Shown in pieces: positions 18,803-28,367 of a stretch of 64,000 nucleotides of DNA. Where the stretch lies: the NCBI GenBank assembly GCA_028716565.1, contig JAQUPL010000001.1:409476-473475 (forward strand), in the 5' to 3' direction. The position numbers and the translations under genes are program-made. This stretch comes from Candidatus Omnitrophota bacterium. Its GTDB lineage: Bacteria > Omnitrophota > Gorgyraeia > Pluralincolimonadales > Pluralincolimonadaceae. The notes below the pieces were generated by a model. The model was not told where the DNA came from. It saw only the letters and a program-made list of their open reading frames with translations, and did not search any database. How positions within the stretch are numbered: position 1 is the stretch's first letter; every line of letters begins with the position of its first letter.

Positions 18803-19755
18803 TTGCCCTTTGCTTTATAGAGCGAGATTATTTCCGCATCCGTCACGGTTTTATCGCTTTTTCTCCCGAGAAAATAAAACCCTCCCGCCGCGTCGCCGGA
18901 AGATGCCTTTTTTACGAGGTAAAAATCTAAGTATTTGATCCAAAAGAACGCGAAAATAGATAACGTACTTAATATCTTCTTGATGAACGGGGAATCGGTA
19001 AAACTCATGAAAAAATACCTGAGGCTCCACGCCAAGGCGCTGGCAGGCCCGCCGGCTACGCCCCTTTTTATCTCCTCGAAATTCCTGAAAAGCCTCCTGT
19101 GCCCCAAATCAGTGAACCTCGTAAAATCATACCTGCCCATATGGACTTGCTGCATAAAAGGGACTTCGCTATACACAAGCCCTTTCGGTCTCAAGATGCG
19201 GTATATCTCGCTTACGCATCTGTGAGGGTCCGTGACATGTTCGAGCACGGCCTGCGCAATTATCCCGTCAAGGGAAGAATCGGCGAACGGCAGGTTGTGC
19301 GCGTCGCAAATTATTTGCGTCCGCGGGCCGAAAGAAACGTCGCTCTCGATGAGCATTATTTTGTCATTTTTGGCGATCTCCGCCAGGCCCGAGCCCAAAA
19401 CTCCTCCCCCGATGACCAATATCGCGGGCCTCGCCGCGGAATTACATGCCTCCTTGATGAATTTTTTGAAATTCCTTTTGCTGTAAATATTGAGAGTAAG
19501 CTCCGGGGTGACCCTGCTCCATATCTTCCTCAGGAACCCTTTATTAAAGCCGCTTAATTCGATGGTAGTCGAAGATCTGCCCAGAAAATCCTTTATCCTG
19601 AATAAACTTTTGTCCTCATTTATCAGTACCGGGATGCCGTCGACCACCGGGTATTTCCTGTGGCACTTATTACAAGTAAAGTCCCCTTCGCCGAATGACA
19701 GGTCCCCCAAACAGCCCGGGCAAGCCAATTTATCCCTCAACTCTTCATTTAACAT
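18799..19755 (-). CDS. SAM-dependent methyltransferase with N-terminal Trm112-like zinc ribbon
   Basis: CPGC...CNKC zinc ribbon followed by VIGGGVLGSG and a Methyltransf_11-like core. Confidence 0.6.
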   Translation of the reverse strand: MLNEELRDKLACPGCLGDLSFGEGDFTCNKCHRKYPVVDGIPVLINEDKSLFRIKDFLGRSSTTIELSGFNKGFLRKIWSRVTPELTLNIYSKRNFKKFIKEACNSAARPAILVIGGGVLGSGLAEIAKNDKIMLIESDVSFGPRTQIICDAHNLPFADSSLDGIIAQAVLEHVTDPHRCVSEIYRILRPKGLVYSEVPFMQQVHMGRYDFTRFTDLGHRRLFRNFEEIKRGVAGGPASALAWSLRYFFMSFTDSPFIKKILSTLSIFAFFWIKYLDFYLVKKASSGDAAGGFYFLGRKSDKTVTDAEIISLYKAKGK

Positions 19756-21063
19756 CTACCAAAGCCCTATCTTTTGGAATATGGACCTGAAGAACACTTT
19801 TGTTTCATATGAGGCCGCATAAAAACATACGTTCAACATAAAGTAACCGCTTATCAATAGGCCGGGAAAAATCTTATTCCTGGACCTGCGGATAAAATGG
19901 AAAATGCCTGCGGCGCCGATCATGATAATATACGGTTCAATAGGCAGGCGGAACCTCGGCGAACCGTAGAACACCAAAGAAACGCAAAAAGAATAGATAA
20001 TAGGCAGATAGACAGGAGCCAACTCCCAGGACCTTTTGGAATTAACAAATATGCCTAAGATGAAAAACGGCATAATGAACGCATACATGTAATTATACAC
20101 GCCGTTACCCAGGATCTCCCAATCGAAGACGCTCCAGAAATAAACGGTCTTTAATACCTCCAGTTTTAGGACACGCAGCGGGTTGTTTTTTATATATTTT
20201 AGCGCCTCTTTTGCCAGGAAATCGCTTTGCGCAGCCTCGGATCCTAATGACCTGGACTTTTCCACGACTTCATCACTGGCGATAAAGCCGTATAATTTCC
20301 CCTCTCTGGGCACATATGAGCTATAAAGCCCTATTCCCATCGTGGTGGAAATGGGGATAAAACGATGGGTCACTTTCCAGTTCCTGACGGTCCAGGGAGC
20401 TATCGGCAGTATAAAAAAAGTCAGCAGGATGGCCGCACTTATAATATACTTTTTGACGCTGCGGGCATGGGAGAGAAAGATCTTTCCCATCACCAGAAGG
20501 ATAAAAAAGGGAAGCAGGACTATAACAGAGCGCGTGAGCGAAGCTATCCCCAACGCGGCCCCGCAAAAGGCCAAATTCCCATAACCGCCGTTCTGGATAA
20601 ACCTTAAAAGGAAGAATATGATCGAGATAAGCAAAAAGGTATAGAGGAGCTCAGTTATCATAAGCCCGGTGGTCCTGATAAATGCCGGGTAAAAACAACA
20701 GATCAACGCGCCCAAAACGGCTGTTTTGGCGTCGAATAATCGCCTTGCTGTCATAAAAATTATTACGCATGTCAACGCGCCTATGATCGCCTGGATAACT
20801 TTAACGGCCGCGTAGTTATTGCCGAATATATGATATAGCGACGCCAGGAAAAAAGGATAAAACGGCTCTTTGAAAGTAGTAGGCTTCCCGTCCACGCTGA
20901 ATCCCTTGCCCTCGAGGATGTTCCCGGCAAGGCCGTTGTAATAAAGGGAATCCGGCGTAAGGACCTGTCCTTCGGAAAGGGCTGCATAGAGCCGCGGCAG
21001 CAGAGCCACGGCAAAGATCGCCAGGGCGATCAATATTGTTCTTTTCATTTCATGATAACCCAA
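19756..21063 (-). CDS. GT-C family membrane glycosyltransferase (GT39/GT83, ArnT/PMT-like)
   Basis: MTARRLFDAKTAVLGALICCFYPAFI motif, multi-TM. Probable start MKRTIL at about 21048. Confidence 0.6.
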   Translation of the reverse strand: MGYHEMKRTILIALAIFAVALLPRLYAALSEGQVLTPDSLYYNGLAGNILEGKGFSVDGKPTTFKEPFYPFFLASLYHIFGNNYAAVKVIQAIIGALTCVIIFMTARRLFDAKTAVLGALICCFYPAFIRTTGLMITELLYTFLLISIIFFLLRFIQNGGYGNLAFCGAALGIASLTRSVIVLLPFFILLVMGKIFLSHARSVKKYIISAAILLTFFILPIAPWTVRNWKVTHRFIPISTTMGIGLYSSYVPREGKLYGFIASDEVVEKSRSLGSEAAQSDFLAKEALKYIKNNPLRVLKLEVLKTVYFWSVFDWEILGNGVYNYMYAFIMPFFILGIFVNSKRSWELAPVYLPIIYSFCVSLVFYGSPRFRLPIEPYIIMIGAAGIFHFIRRSRNKIFPGLLISGYFMLNVCFYAASYETKVFFRSIFQKIGLW

Positions 21064-22436
21064 TGGAAGAACCTCTTCAGGAGGAACTTGAAATGCCGCG
21101 GAGACTTGATCGCCAATATGTTCTTTATCATTATTCCCGGCCGCATATAAAATCTTAAGAAAGCTTCACGTTGCAAAGATTTGACCTGTTTTTGGTTCAA
21201 GCCGTCTCCCGCGTACGGGGCGCTCATAAAATAAAACCTGTCCCAGTCAACACCGCCCAATTTCCCCTCTGAAGCCAACTCCTTATAACTGGCCGTGCCG
21301 GGAAAAGGCAGGTACGTAAAATAATTCGCCCTGATCAAACCCAGATCAAGCGAAAAACGGATCGTTTTCCTGATGTCCTCTTCTTTCTCGCCCGGGAAGC
21401 CAACGATAAAAAATCCCGCCACATCTATCTTAAACCGGCGGATCATGTCTATCCCCTTCCGTATCTTATCGGTGGTGGTCCCTTTCTTCATTAAGGCAAG
21501 TACCCTGTCTGAGCCTGATTCTATCCCTAATGAAATAAGGTAAAGGCCGCTTTTTTTCATCAGCACAAGCATTTCTTCGTCCAGGCAGTCTATGCGGACC
21601 CCGTTCGGGGTCGCCCAGCTTATACCCAAGTGCAAATCGGCGAGTTTCCGCAGCAATTCCTTTGCGTAGGCCCTGTCAAAAGTAAAGTTATCGTCTATAA
21701 TATGGAACTCACGTATGCCATGCCTATCATACAGATACTTGATCTGCCCTAGGATGAAATCTACGCTGTGCTTCCGTATCTTCTTCCCCCCTATTATGTT
21801 ACCCGCGCAAAACGTGCAGGAGAAAGGGCAACCGCGGGTGACTATTATAGGCGCTATGGGGAACTTCCTGAAAACGGCGCCGTGCTGGCATTCGGGATAT
21901 TCCTCGGGCCGGATAAGGTCCCATGCCGGCATTCCCAAGCTGTCCAGGTCTTCGACGAATATCTGGGGATTTATGCGCACACGGCCGTTCTCCCTCCACC
22001 CTAACCCGGGGATATCCGAAAGGTCCCGGGGTCCTTTTTTCCCAAGCCTGTCGAGCAGAATAGGCAGGCCTTTTTCGGCTTCCCCGACGAAGATGAAGTC
22101 CAAAGGAGCGCCGAAATACTTAATGCTCTCTTCGGGGGCGGCAGAAGGATGCGGCCCGCCCAGGACAGTTATCAAGCCCGGCTCCAGGTTTTTGCATCCT
22201 TCCAGGGCCTCCTTGACGAATTTCAGGTCGAACGTATAGCACTGGAAACCGACGACATCGGGCTTTGCCTCTTTGACCATACGGATCAAGGCATCCGCCT
22301 TCATGCCTTTTTTAATGCAATCAAGTATCGTCACATTATGCCCTGCCTTCCTGCACGACTCGGCCAAATAGCCCAGGCCCAGGGAAGGCTGGATATGATC
22401 GCTGAGGTTATAAGGTTTTACCAGTAAGATGTTCAT
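21045..22436 (-). CDS. B12-binding (class B) radical SAM protein
   Basis: RGCPFSCTFCAGN CxxxCxxC and an N-terminal B12-binding-like domain. Confidence 0.75.
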   Translation of the reverse strand: MNILLVKPYNLSDHIQPSLGLGYLAESCRKAGHNVTILDCIKKGMKADALIRMVKEAKPDVVGFQCYTFDLKFVKEALEGCKNLEPGLITVLGGPHPSAAPEESIKYFGAPLDFIFVGEAEKGLPILLDRLGKKGPRDLSDIPGLGWRENGRVRINPQIFVEDLDSLGMPAWDLIRPEEYPECQHGAVFRKFPIAPIIVTRGCPFSCTFCAGNIIGGKKIRKHSVDFILGQIKYLYDRHGIREFHIIDDNFTFDRAYAKELLRKLADLHLGISWATPNGVRIDCLDEEMLVLMKKSGLYLISLGIESGSDRVLALMKKGTTTDKIRKGIDMIRRFKIDVAGFFIVGFPGEKEEDIRKTIRFSLDLGLIRANYFTYLPFPGTASYKELASEGKLGGVDWDRFYFMSAPYAGDGLNQKQVKSLQREAFLRFYMRPGIMIKNILAIKSPRHFKFLLKRFFHWVIMK

Positions 22437-22440
22437 CTGT

Positions 22441-23913
22441 TTATGTCCACAGGTAATTCCAATGGGATTTCACGAACATGACTAAAGATTCCTTGATGCG
22501 TATATAGGCATTCCTGGGAACGGAAAGGAACGGTATAGAGATGATCCTAGTGAAGCCGTTGATAGGCATCCTCTTGATCACGGGGTGCAAAAACGCCGGC
22601 ATCCTGGTGAGAAAAGGGATCAATACTTGCAACCTCAAGGCCTCTTTCTCGTCTATATCCCTGATAAGCGACCCCTGTTTATACCCTCCCTCGCCGTTAC
22701 AGATCTTTTCGTATTCGCCTTCCTTTATGAACCCGCGTTCAGCGCAGAAATCCGCCAACTCTGTTTTCGGGAACGGATAAAAAATCGACACGATGGTCCC
22801 GTCAGGTTTTATCTTCCTGTTCAACTCGTAAGTCTCCCACATCTGTTCGGTCGTCTCCGTCGGGAAACCCACTATGTTCAATGTGCAGAACTTGATCCCT
22901 GCCTCTTTCAGGACCTTGGCCGTATCAATAATATCGTCGTTGCTCATGTTCCTTTTTAATAATTTATACCTTACGTCCTCGCTCCCCGACTCCAGGCCGA
23001 TATCCACATAGATACACCCCGCCTCCTTCAGGAGCAGCATAATGTCTTTCTTGACATTCTTTGGGTGCACCAGGACCTTAAAAGGCAAGTTTATCTCCTT
23101 CTTATACCTGCCGGCAAAGTCCCTGATCCAAGCGTCGTTTATCGTAAATACATCGTCGTAAAAGAAGACCTCCTTGATGCGGTACCTGGACTTGAAATAT
23201 TTAAGCTCCTCTATCACCCTTCCGACGCTCCTGCGGCGGGTATAGGAATGGCCCGGCTGGTTCAACAGTTTCCTGTAGTAAGAATTAAAACAATACGTGC
23301 ATTGGTACGGGCATCCCCTGCCGGTCATGACATAAAGCCTGTCCGAAAAACATCCGTACCTCCTGAACATATCCTTGTCCGGGAAAGGCAGGGAGTCCAG
23401 GTCCTGCATCAGGGGCCTGGACGGGTTCCGGACGATCTCCCCGTCCTTCTTGAACCAGATGTTCTTTATCGAGTGATCGATCTTCCCATTTTGCATGCTA
23501 TTCGCCAATTCTACCAGGGCCTCTTCGCCTTCGCCGACGCAAATCATGTCTATATCCGGGTTTTTTATGACGAACTCGGGCAGAATGGTGGGATGGAGGC
23601 CTCCCACAATGATAGGCACGGCCATTTCTTTTTTCAGCAGGGAAGCCATTTTGGAGACCCAAGGGTATAAATTGGTCAAACAAGAGAACGCTATGAGGTC
23701 GGGTTTATACGCCTTCGCCTTTTTTATCATTTTACCGGAAACGTCGAAATACCTTTCAATGATATTAAATTTATACTCCACGTCACCCGAACCGGGGTCG
23801 AAGAGCAGCTCGGTGTCGTGCCCCGCCCTCTTCAGGGAGCTAGAAAGATATTCGATCCCCATCCATTCCGCGTTCCTGTGGAAAAATAAGACCTTCATCC
23901 CCTCTTCCTGCAT
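22441..23913 (-). CDS. B12-binding (class B) radical SAM protein
   Basis: RGCPYQCTYCFNSYY. Probable start MKVLFF at 23898, forming an ATGA overlap with the upstream stop. Confidence 0.75.
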   Translation of the reverse strand: MQEEGMKVLFFHRNAEWMGIEYLSSSLKRAGHDTELLFDPGSGDVEYKFNIIERYFDVSGKMIKKAKAYKPDLIAFSCLTNLYPWVSKMASLLKKEMAVPIIVGGLHPTILPEFVIKNPDIDMICVGEGEEALVELANSMQNGKIDHSIKNIWFKKDGEIVRNPSRPLMQDLDSLPFPDKDMFRRYGCFSDRLYVMTGRGCPYQCTYCFNSYYRKLLNQPGHSYTRRRSVGRVIEELKYFKSRYRIKEVFFYDDVFTINDAWIRDFAGRYKKEINLPFKVLVHPKNVKKDIMLLLKEAGCIYVDIGLESGSEDVRYKLLKRNMSNDDIIDTAKVLKEAGIKFCTLNIVGFPTETTEQMWETYELNRKIKPDGTIVSIFYPFPKTELADFCAERGFIKEGEYEKICNGEGGYKQGSLIRDIDEKEALRLQVLIPFLTRMPAFLHPVIKRMPINGFTRIISIPFLSVPRNAYIRIKESLVMFVKSHWNYLWT

Positions 23914-24596
23914 ATCAATATGATAGATAGGCCTATAGGAGGCCCTATCAGGTTCTCGAAAAAATCCAGCAACGGAGTCAAGAAATTAAACATGCTCAAC
24001 AGCCTGGTGGAGATCTTTTCTTTTTTCAAGACCTTCCCGTTGAAAAACCACCCGATCAGTCCGAAAAAATTAAAATACATCTTTTTGTCGATGGTAAAAC
24101 CGCATTTTTCTATCATTTCCGATACCTCTGACAGGCTGTACCTCCTGTAGTGACCTGCCGCCCTGTCAAGGCTGCAGTATAAAGATTGGAAGGCGGGTAC
24201 CAACAAGATAAGGGTGCCCTCTTTGTTTAATATAGAGTTGAAATTATTCAAAACCGCCTCGTCATCCTTTATGTGTTCGAGGGTATTGACGCAAACGACC
24301 GTATCCAGGTTATTTCCCGAAAGCTTTGTTATCGACGGGTCGGTTAAGTCGTATCTTAGGAATTTTACGTTCGGATTATCCGAAAACCTGCTCCTGCATT
24401 CATCCAGCATGTCGGAGTCATTGTCTACTGCCAGCACCAGCTGTTTGCCCGACATGTAAGAAGTCAGGTTCCCGGTCCCGCATCCCGCCTCCAGGATCCT
24501 CTCTCCGAGGTATGGCTCGATCTTTTTGTAAAACCAGGACTTCAAACGCTCGAGCCTTGACATGAAAGTAAGCGTATCAAAAACGACTTTGGGCAT
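23895..24596 (-). CDS. class I SAM-dependent methyltransferase
   Basis: ILEAGCGTGNLTSYM motif I. Confidence 0.7.
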   Translation of the reverse strand: MPKVVFDTLTFMSRLERLKSWFYKKIEPYLGERILEAGCGTGNLTSYMSGKQLVLAVDNDSDMLDECRSRFSDNPNVKFLRYDLTDPSITKLSGNNLDTVVCVNTLEHIKDDEAVLNNFNSILNKEGTLILLVPAFQSLYCSLDRAAGHYRRYSLSEVSEMIEKCGFTIDKKMYFNFFGLIGWFFNGKVLKKEKISTRLLSMFNFLTPLLDFFENLIGPPIGLSIILICRKRG

Positions 24597-25292
24597 TTAT
24601 TTCCCTACCCTGTATTTTACGAGCACGTATAATGCCTTTAAGCCATCCCGCCATGAGATCTTTTTGCCTTCCTGGTAATCTCTCGGAACATAGGAAATAG
24701 GGACCTCGTATATTTTTACCCCTTTTCTCAACAATTTTGCGGTTATTTCAGGCTCTATTTCGAACCCCCTGGCAGATAAGTCTATTCCGTCCAATATCTC
24801 TTTTTTGATGACCTTATAACAAGTCTCCATATCTGTAAGCCTTGCCCCGTAAAGAAGCATCACCATAAAATTAAGAAATTTATTTCCTATAAAATGCGTC
24901 AGATAAAATACCTTTTTGCAATGGAAAAGGTCTTTTCTGTTCAGGAACCTCGAACCATATACAACATCCGCTTTGCCTTCTTTGATGGGTTTCACGAGCT
25001 CCGGATAATCCCCCGGATCATATTCTAAGTCCGCATCCTGGAAGATTATTATGTCGCCGGACGCATTTTTGAGGCCTGTACGGATAGCCGCGCCCTTTCC
25101 GCGGTTTTTATCATGAGAATATACCTTCACCCCTTTAAGGGATAGGCTTTCCAGGATCTTCATGGTATCGTCCTTAGAAAAATCATCGACGATGATTATC
25201 TCGTCGACGACATCGCTATCCGTGACTTTTTTCAAGATCTCTTTTATTGTCCTTGCTTCGTTATAAACAGGGATAATGACGGATACCTTCAT
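24597..25292 (-). CDS. GT2 polyprenyl-phosphate glycosyltransferase (DPM1/ArnC/GtrB-like)
   Basis: VSVIIPVYNEARTI, DDFSKDDT, QDADLEYDP (DxD) and 231 aa, typical of the Dpm1/ArnC family. Confidence 0.75.
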   Translation of the reverse strand: MKVSVIIPVYNEARTIKEILKKVTDSDVVDEIIIVDDFSKDDTMKILESLSLKGVKVYSHDKNRGKGAAIRTGLKNASGDIIIFQDADLEYDPGDYPELVKPIKEGKADVVYGSRFLNRKDLFHCKKVFYLTHFIGNKFLNFMVMLLYGARLTDMETCYKVIKKEILDGIDLSARGFEIEPEITAKLLRKGVKIYEVPISYVPRDYQEGKKISWRDGLKALYVLVKYRVGK

Positions 25293-25293
25293 T

Positions 25294-26472
25294 TCAATCC
25301 ATGCCTCCGCGGTATATCGATTCTATTTCCGGGATAAGTTTCCCGGAGGAATATCTCTCCGTGAACCGGTTGATCGCTGCCTCAGCGAATCTCTTCCTCA
25401 TTTGCGGATCCCCGGCAAGCTTAAGTATGGCATCAGCCAATGCCTCAGGGTCTTTAGGAGCGACCAAAAAACCTGTTTTGCCTTCAACTACCAGTTCACT
25501 TACTCCCCCCACATCGGCGGCTACTACAGGTTTGCCGTAAGCCATACCTTCAAGCAGGACCAATGGCGCGCCCTCTGTCAGGGAAGAAAGCACAAGTATA
25601 TCGATGCGGCACATGATATCGGATATATCCTTAAACGCGCCGGTCAACTCTGTATTTGCGGCCAGGCCGTTTATTTCGATGAGGCTGATTAGCTCGTTTT
25701 TCAGATAGCCCTGGCCCGCGATAATGAATTTGATATTACTGCGTCGTTTATTTATCAACTCCGCGGCCTTTAAAAAAAATACGTGCCCCTTTTCCGGGGT
25801 AAGCCTGCCGACGATGCCTACGCTTACATCCCCCTTCCCCTCAACGGGCACTATTGCATTCTTTCCGGGAGAAGGGAGCATGGTCGGTACGACGTATAGC
25901 TTGTCCGTAACCGCGGCGCCGAGGCCTACCATGTGCCGTTTCATAGATTCCGAGAGGGCTATTATAGCATCACATCGCCTCCAGAAAAACCTCATAACCG
26001 ACAACTGGGAAGGCGAAAGCCAATCCCCGATAAGGGACGTTTCGGTGTAGATTATCCTTTTTACGCCGGCCATCCTGCCGGCAAGGACAGCCATCTTGGT
26101 CTGGTTCTGGTATAGATGGACGACATCCGGCCTTTTTTTCGCAAAGGCGGCAAATAATTTTAAAGCCGCCAGGCATTCGTTAGCCAGCCGCCTTAACCTG
26201 TCGACGGCATCGCCGCTTTTCCTGAAAACGCCGGCCTCTTCCGCGGGCCCGCCGACTTTTTTCCTCGGACCGTCCCCGGTGACGGCCCGGTTATATAGCC
26301 TATGGACCTTTATCCCTTTTCCGGCCAACCTGTCCGCTATCGGGCCGTCGTCGAAGAAACAATAGACTCTTACCGAGTGCCCGTTGCCGGCCAACCCTGA
26401 CGCCAGAAATTCAACCTGCCTCTCCCCGCCGCCGTAATTCAGCGCGGGAGTCACTATAGCTATATCCATCAC
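25294..26472 (-). CDS. glycosyltransferase family 4
   Basis: EGAPLVLLEGMAYGKPVVAADVGG motif. Confidence 0.7.
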   Translation of the reverse strand: MMDIAIVTPALNYGGGERQVEFLASGLAGNGHSVRVYCFFDDGPIADRLAGKGIKVHRLYNRAVTGDGPRKKVGGPAEEAGVFRKSGDAVDRLRRLANECLAALKLFAAFAKKRPDVVHLYQNQTKMAVLAGRMAGVKRIIYTETSLIGDWLSPSQLSVMRFFWRRCDAIIALSESMKRHMVGLGAAVTDKLYVVPTMLPSPGKNAIVPVEGKGDVSVGIVGRLTPEKGHVFFLKAAELINKRRSNIKFIIAGQGYLKNELISLIEINGLAANTELTGAFKDISDIMCRIDILVLSSLTEGAPLVLLEGMAYGKPVVAADVGGVSELVVEGKTGFLVAPKDPEALADAILKLAGDPQMRKRFAEAAINRFTERYSSGKLIPEIESIYRGGMD

Positions 26473-27401
26473 GGCGTATTAAGGTACATATCCATAAGGG
26501 ATGTGCTTATCGGGATCTCCGGTTTCCATCCCGTCAATGCCTTGATCTTGGTAATATCCGCTGTCTGCGCCGGTATGTCTTTCTTCATGACCTTGTCTTT
26601 TCGCTGCTCGACCGAAAATTTCCTCCCGCAAAGGCCGGAAAGTATCTTTACGATCTCCCGCACCGAATGCGGTTTTCCGCTGCCTACGTTAAATATCTCT
26701 CCCGCGACCGGTTTTTTGCATGCCATAAGCATCCAATAAGCCCTGACCGCGTCCCTAACATCTATAAAATCCCTGCTCGTATGAAGGTTTCCTATCAGCA
26801 ACCTGCCTTTCCTGCTCCCCTGCAGACCCATATCCTTGATCTGGTTGATGATCGAACCGCAAACCAGTTGTGATGTCTGGCCCGGCCCTATCAGGTTAAA
26901 AGGCCGCGCGACGACTATGTCCAAGCCGGATCCTTGATGGTATTGCAACGCCAAAAGCGTCTGAGCCGCCTTACTGAGGCCGTAAGCCGTTATAGGCGCC
27001 AAAGGGCCTGTCTCTTTCAATGGTATATTCCGTCTGCTTATCCCATATTCGCCGGAAGTGCCGATAACCAGTATCCGCGGAGATAACCCATTCTCGATCA
27101 CAGCGTCAAAGATGTTCTTCGTCGCAAGTACGTTATATCTCAGCAGGTCTTCATGATCCTTGCTGAAAAGCAATGCCGACAGGTGCAAAATATAATCGGG
27201 GCGGATATCGCCTATGATCTTCGAGATCTTCCCCTTGTCGAGTAGGTCTGACTTTATGAATTTAAAATCCTCCGGACTTCCCGGGAAACACTTTTTATCT
27301 ACCCCGAAGATCCTTACCGTCCCGGGCCTCATCTTGCCGGCGAAATCGACAAAATACCTTCCCGTAAAACCGCTGACTCCCGTGACTAAGATTTTTTTCA
27401 T
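26469..27401 (-). CDS. NAD-dependent epimerase/dehydratase (GDP-4-keto-6-deoxyhexose reductase-like SDR)
   Basis: VTGVSGFTGRY Rossmann motif and YGLSKAAQ (YxxxK). Confidence 0.6.
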   Translation of the reverse strand: MKKILVTGVSGFTGRYFVDFAGKMRPGTVRIFGVDKKCFPGSPEDFKFIKSDLLDKGKISKIIGDIRPDYILHLSALLFSKDHEDLLRYNVLATKNIFDAVIENGLSPRILVIGTSGEYGISRRNIPLKETGPLAPITAYGLSKAAQTLLALQYHQGSGLDIVVARPFNLIGPGQTSQLVCGSIINQIKDMGLQGSRKGRLLIGNLHTSRDFIDVRDAVRAYWMLMACKKPVAGEIFNVGSGKPHSVREIVKILSGLCGRKFSVEQRKDKVMKKDIPAQTADITKIKALTGWKPEIPISTSLMDMYLNTP

Positions 27402-28366
27402 GTATTTACCTTCCTTCGGATGTGCCTGATACGCAGCCGGACCCTTGATGCCAGTTTAATGAATATTCCCCTAAGGTGCGCATAAGCGGGTGACACGAAA
27501 ACATACAAAATGAAGGACGGAAATCCCGACACTTTCAATGCGGACTTGAAATTTTCCCGCGCTTTCCCCGGGTCATTCCTGCGTAAATGCCTTCTTCCTA
27601 AAATAACATGGAACCTCGACAACTCCCCTCTCCCCCTCCTGTCGATGAGGCCGTTGAGATCCGGGTAATCCGCGATAACGCCCTTAAGGGTATTTACGAT
27701 ATTGGTAAAAGTCCTTACGTCGTCCTTTCGGAATGTGGCGGCGTGGTCCCTGTACCTGACTAAAGGCCTGTCGATAAAATCAACCTCGTAAAAAGCCGCG
27801 ATCCTCAGCCATCTGTCGTAGTCCTCTATCGGGACAAGCGCTGAATTGAAGAGGCCGACTTTGCTAAAACACTCTTTTCGCGCCATCACCGAAGATGTTG
27901 GAATGAAATTTTGCGCAAACAGGTATTTGAAGACTTTTCCCCTGTGCGGGGGCCTGAATTGAAAAGTCCTCAAGTTCCCGGGGCCGTAATCGTTAAAAGA
28001 ACCGTCTTTTAACATGTATTCATCGGCATACACAAGGCCCAACGACCCCTTCTTCTCAAAAAGATCGACCTGCATTCCCAGCTTATCGGGCAACCACGCG
28101 TCATCCTGGTCCAAAAATGCCACATACTCCCCCTCCGCGGCTAAAACTCCCGCGTTCCTGGCATTTGCCGGGCCCCCGTTCTTTTGGGATATATAGGTGA
28201 TCCTGGAACGAAATCCGGAAAGGGCATTTTCCGTGGAATCCGTCGAGCCGTCATTCACGACGATCAATTCGTAATCTTTATAAGACTGCCCCAGCACGCT
28301 ATTGACGGCGGCAGCTATGAACCTTTCGCAGTTATATGCGGGTATAACGACGCTTACCTTTGGCAT
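27398..28366 (-). CDS. glycosyltransferase family 2
   Basis: VSVVIPAYNCERFI, VVNDGSTDST and DQDDAW motifs. Confidence 0.7.
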   Translation of the reverse strand: MPKVSVVIPAYNCERFIAAAVNSVLGQSYKDYELIVVNDGSTDSTENALSGFRSRITYISQKNGGPANARNAGVLAAEGEYVAFLDQDDAWLPDKLGMQVDLFEKKGSLGLVYADEYMLKDGSFNDYGPGNLRTFQFRPPHRGKVFKYLFAQNFIPTSSVMARKECFSKVGLFNSALVPIEDYDRWLRIAAFYEVDFIDRPLVRYRDHAATFRKDDVRTFTNIVNTLKGVIADYPDLNGLIDRRGRGELSRFHVILGRRHLRRNDPGKARENFKSALKVSGFPSFILYVFVSPAYAHLRGIFIKLASRVRLRIRHIRRKVNT

Positions 28367-28367
28367 A

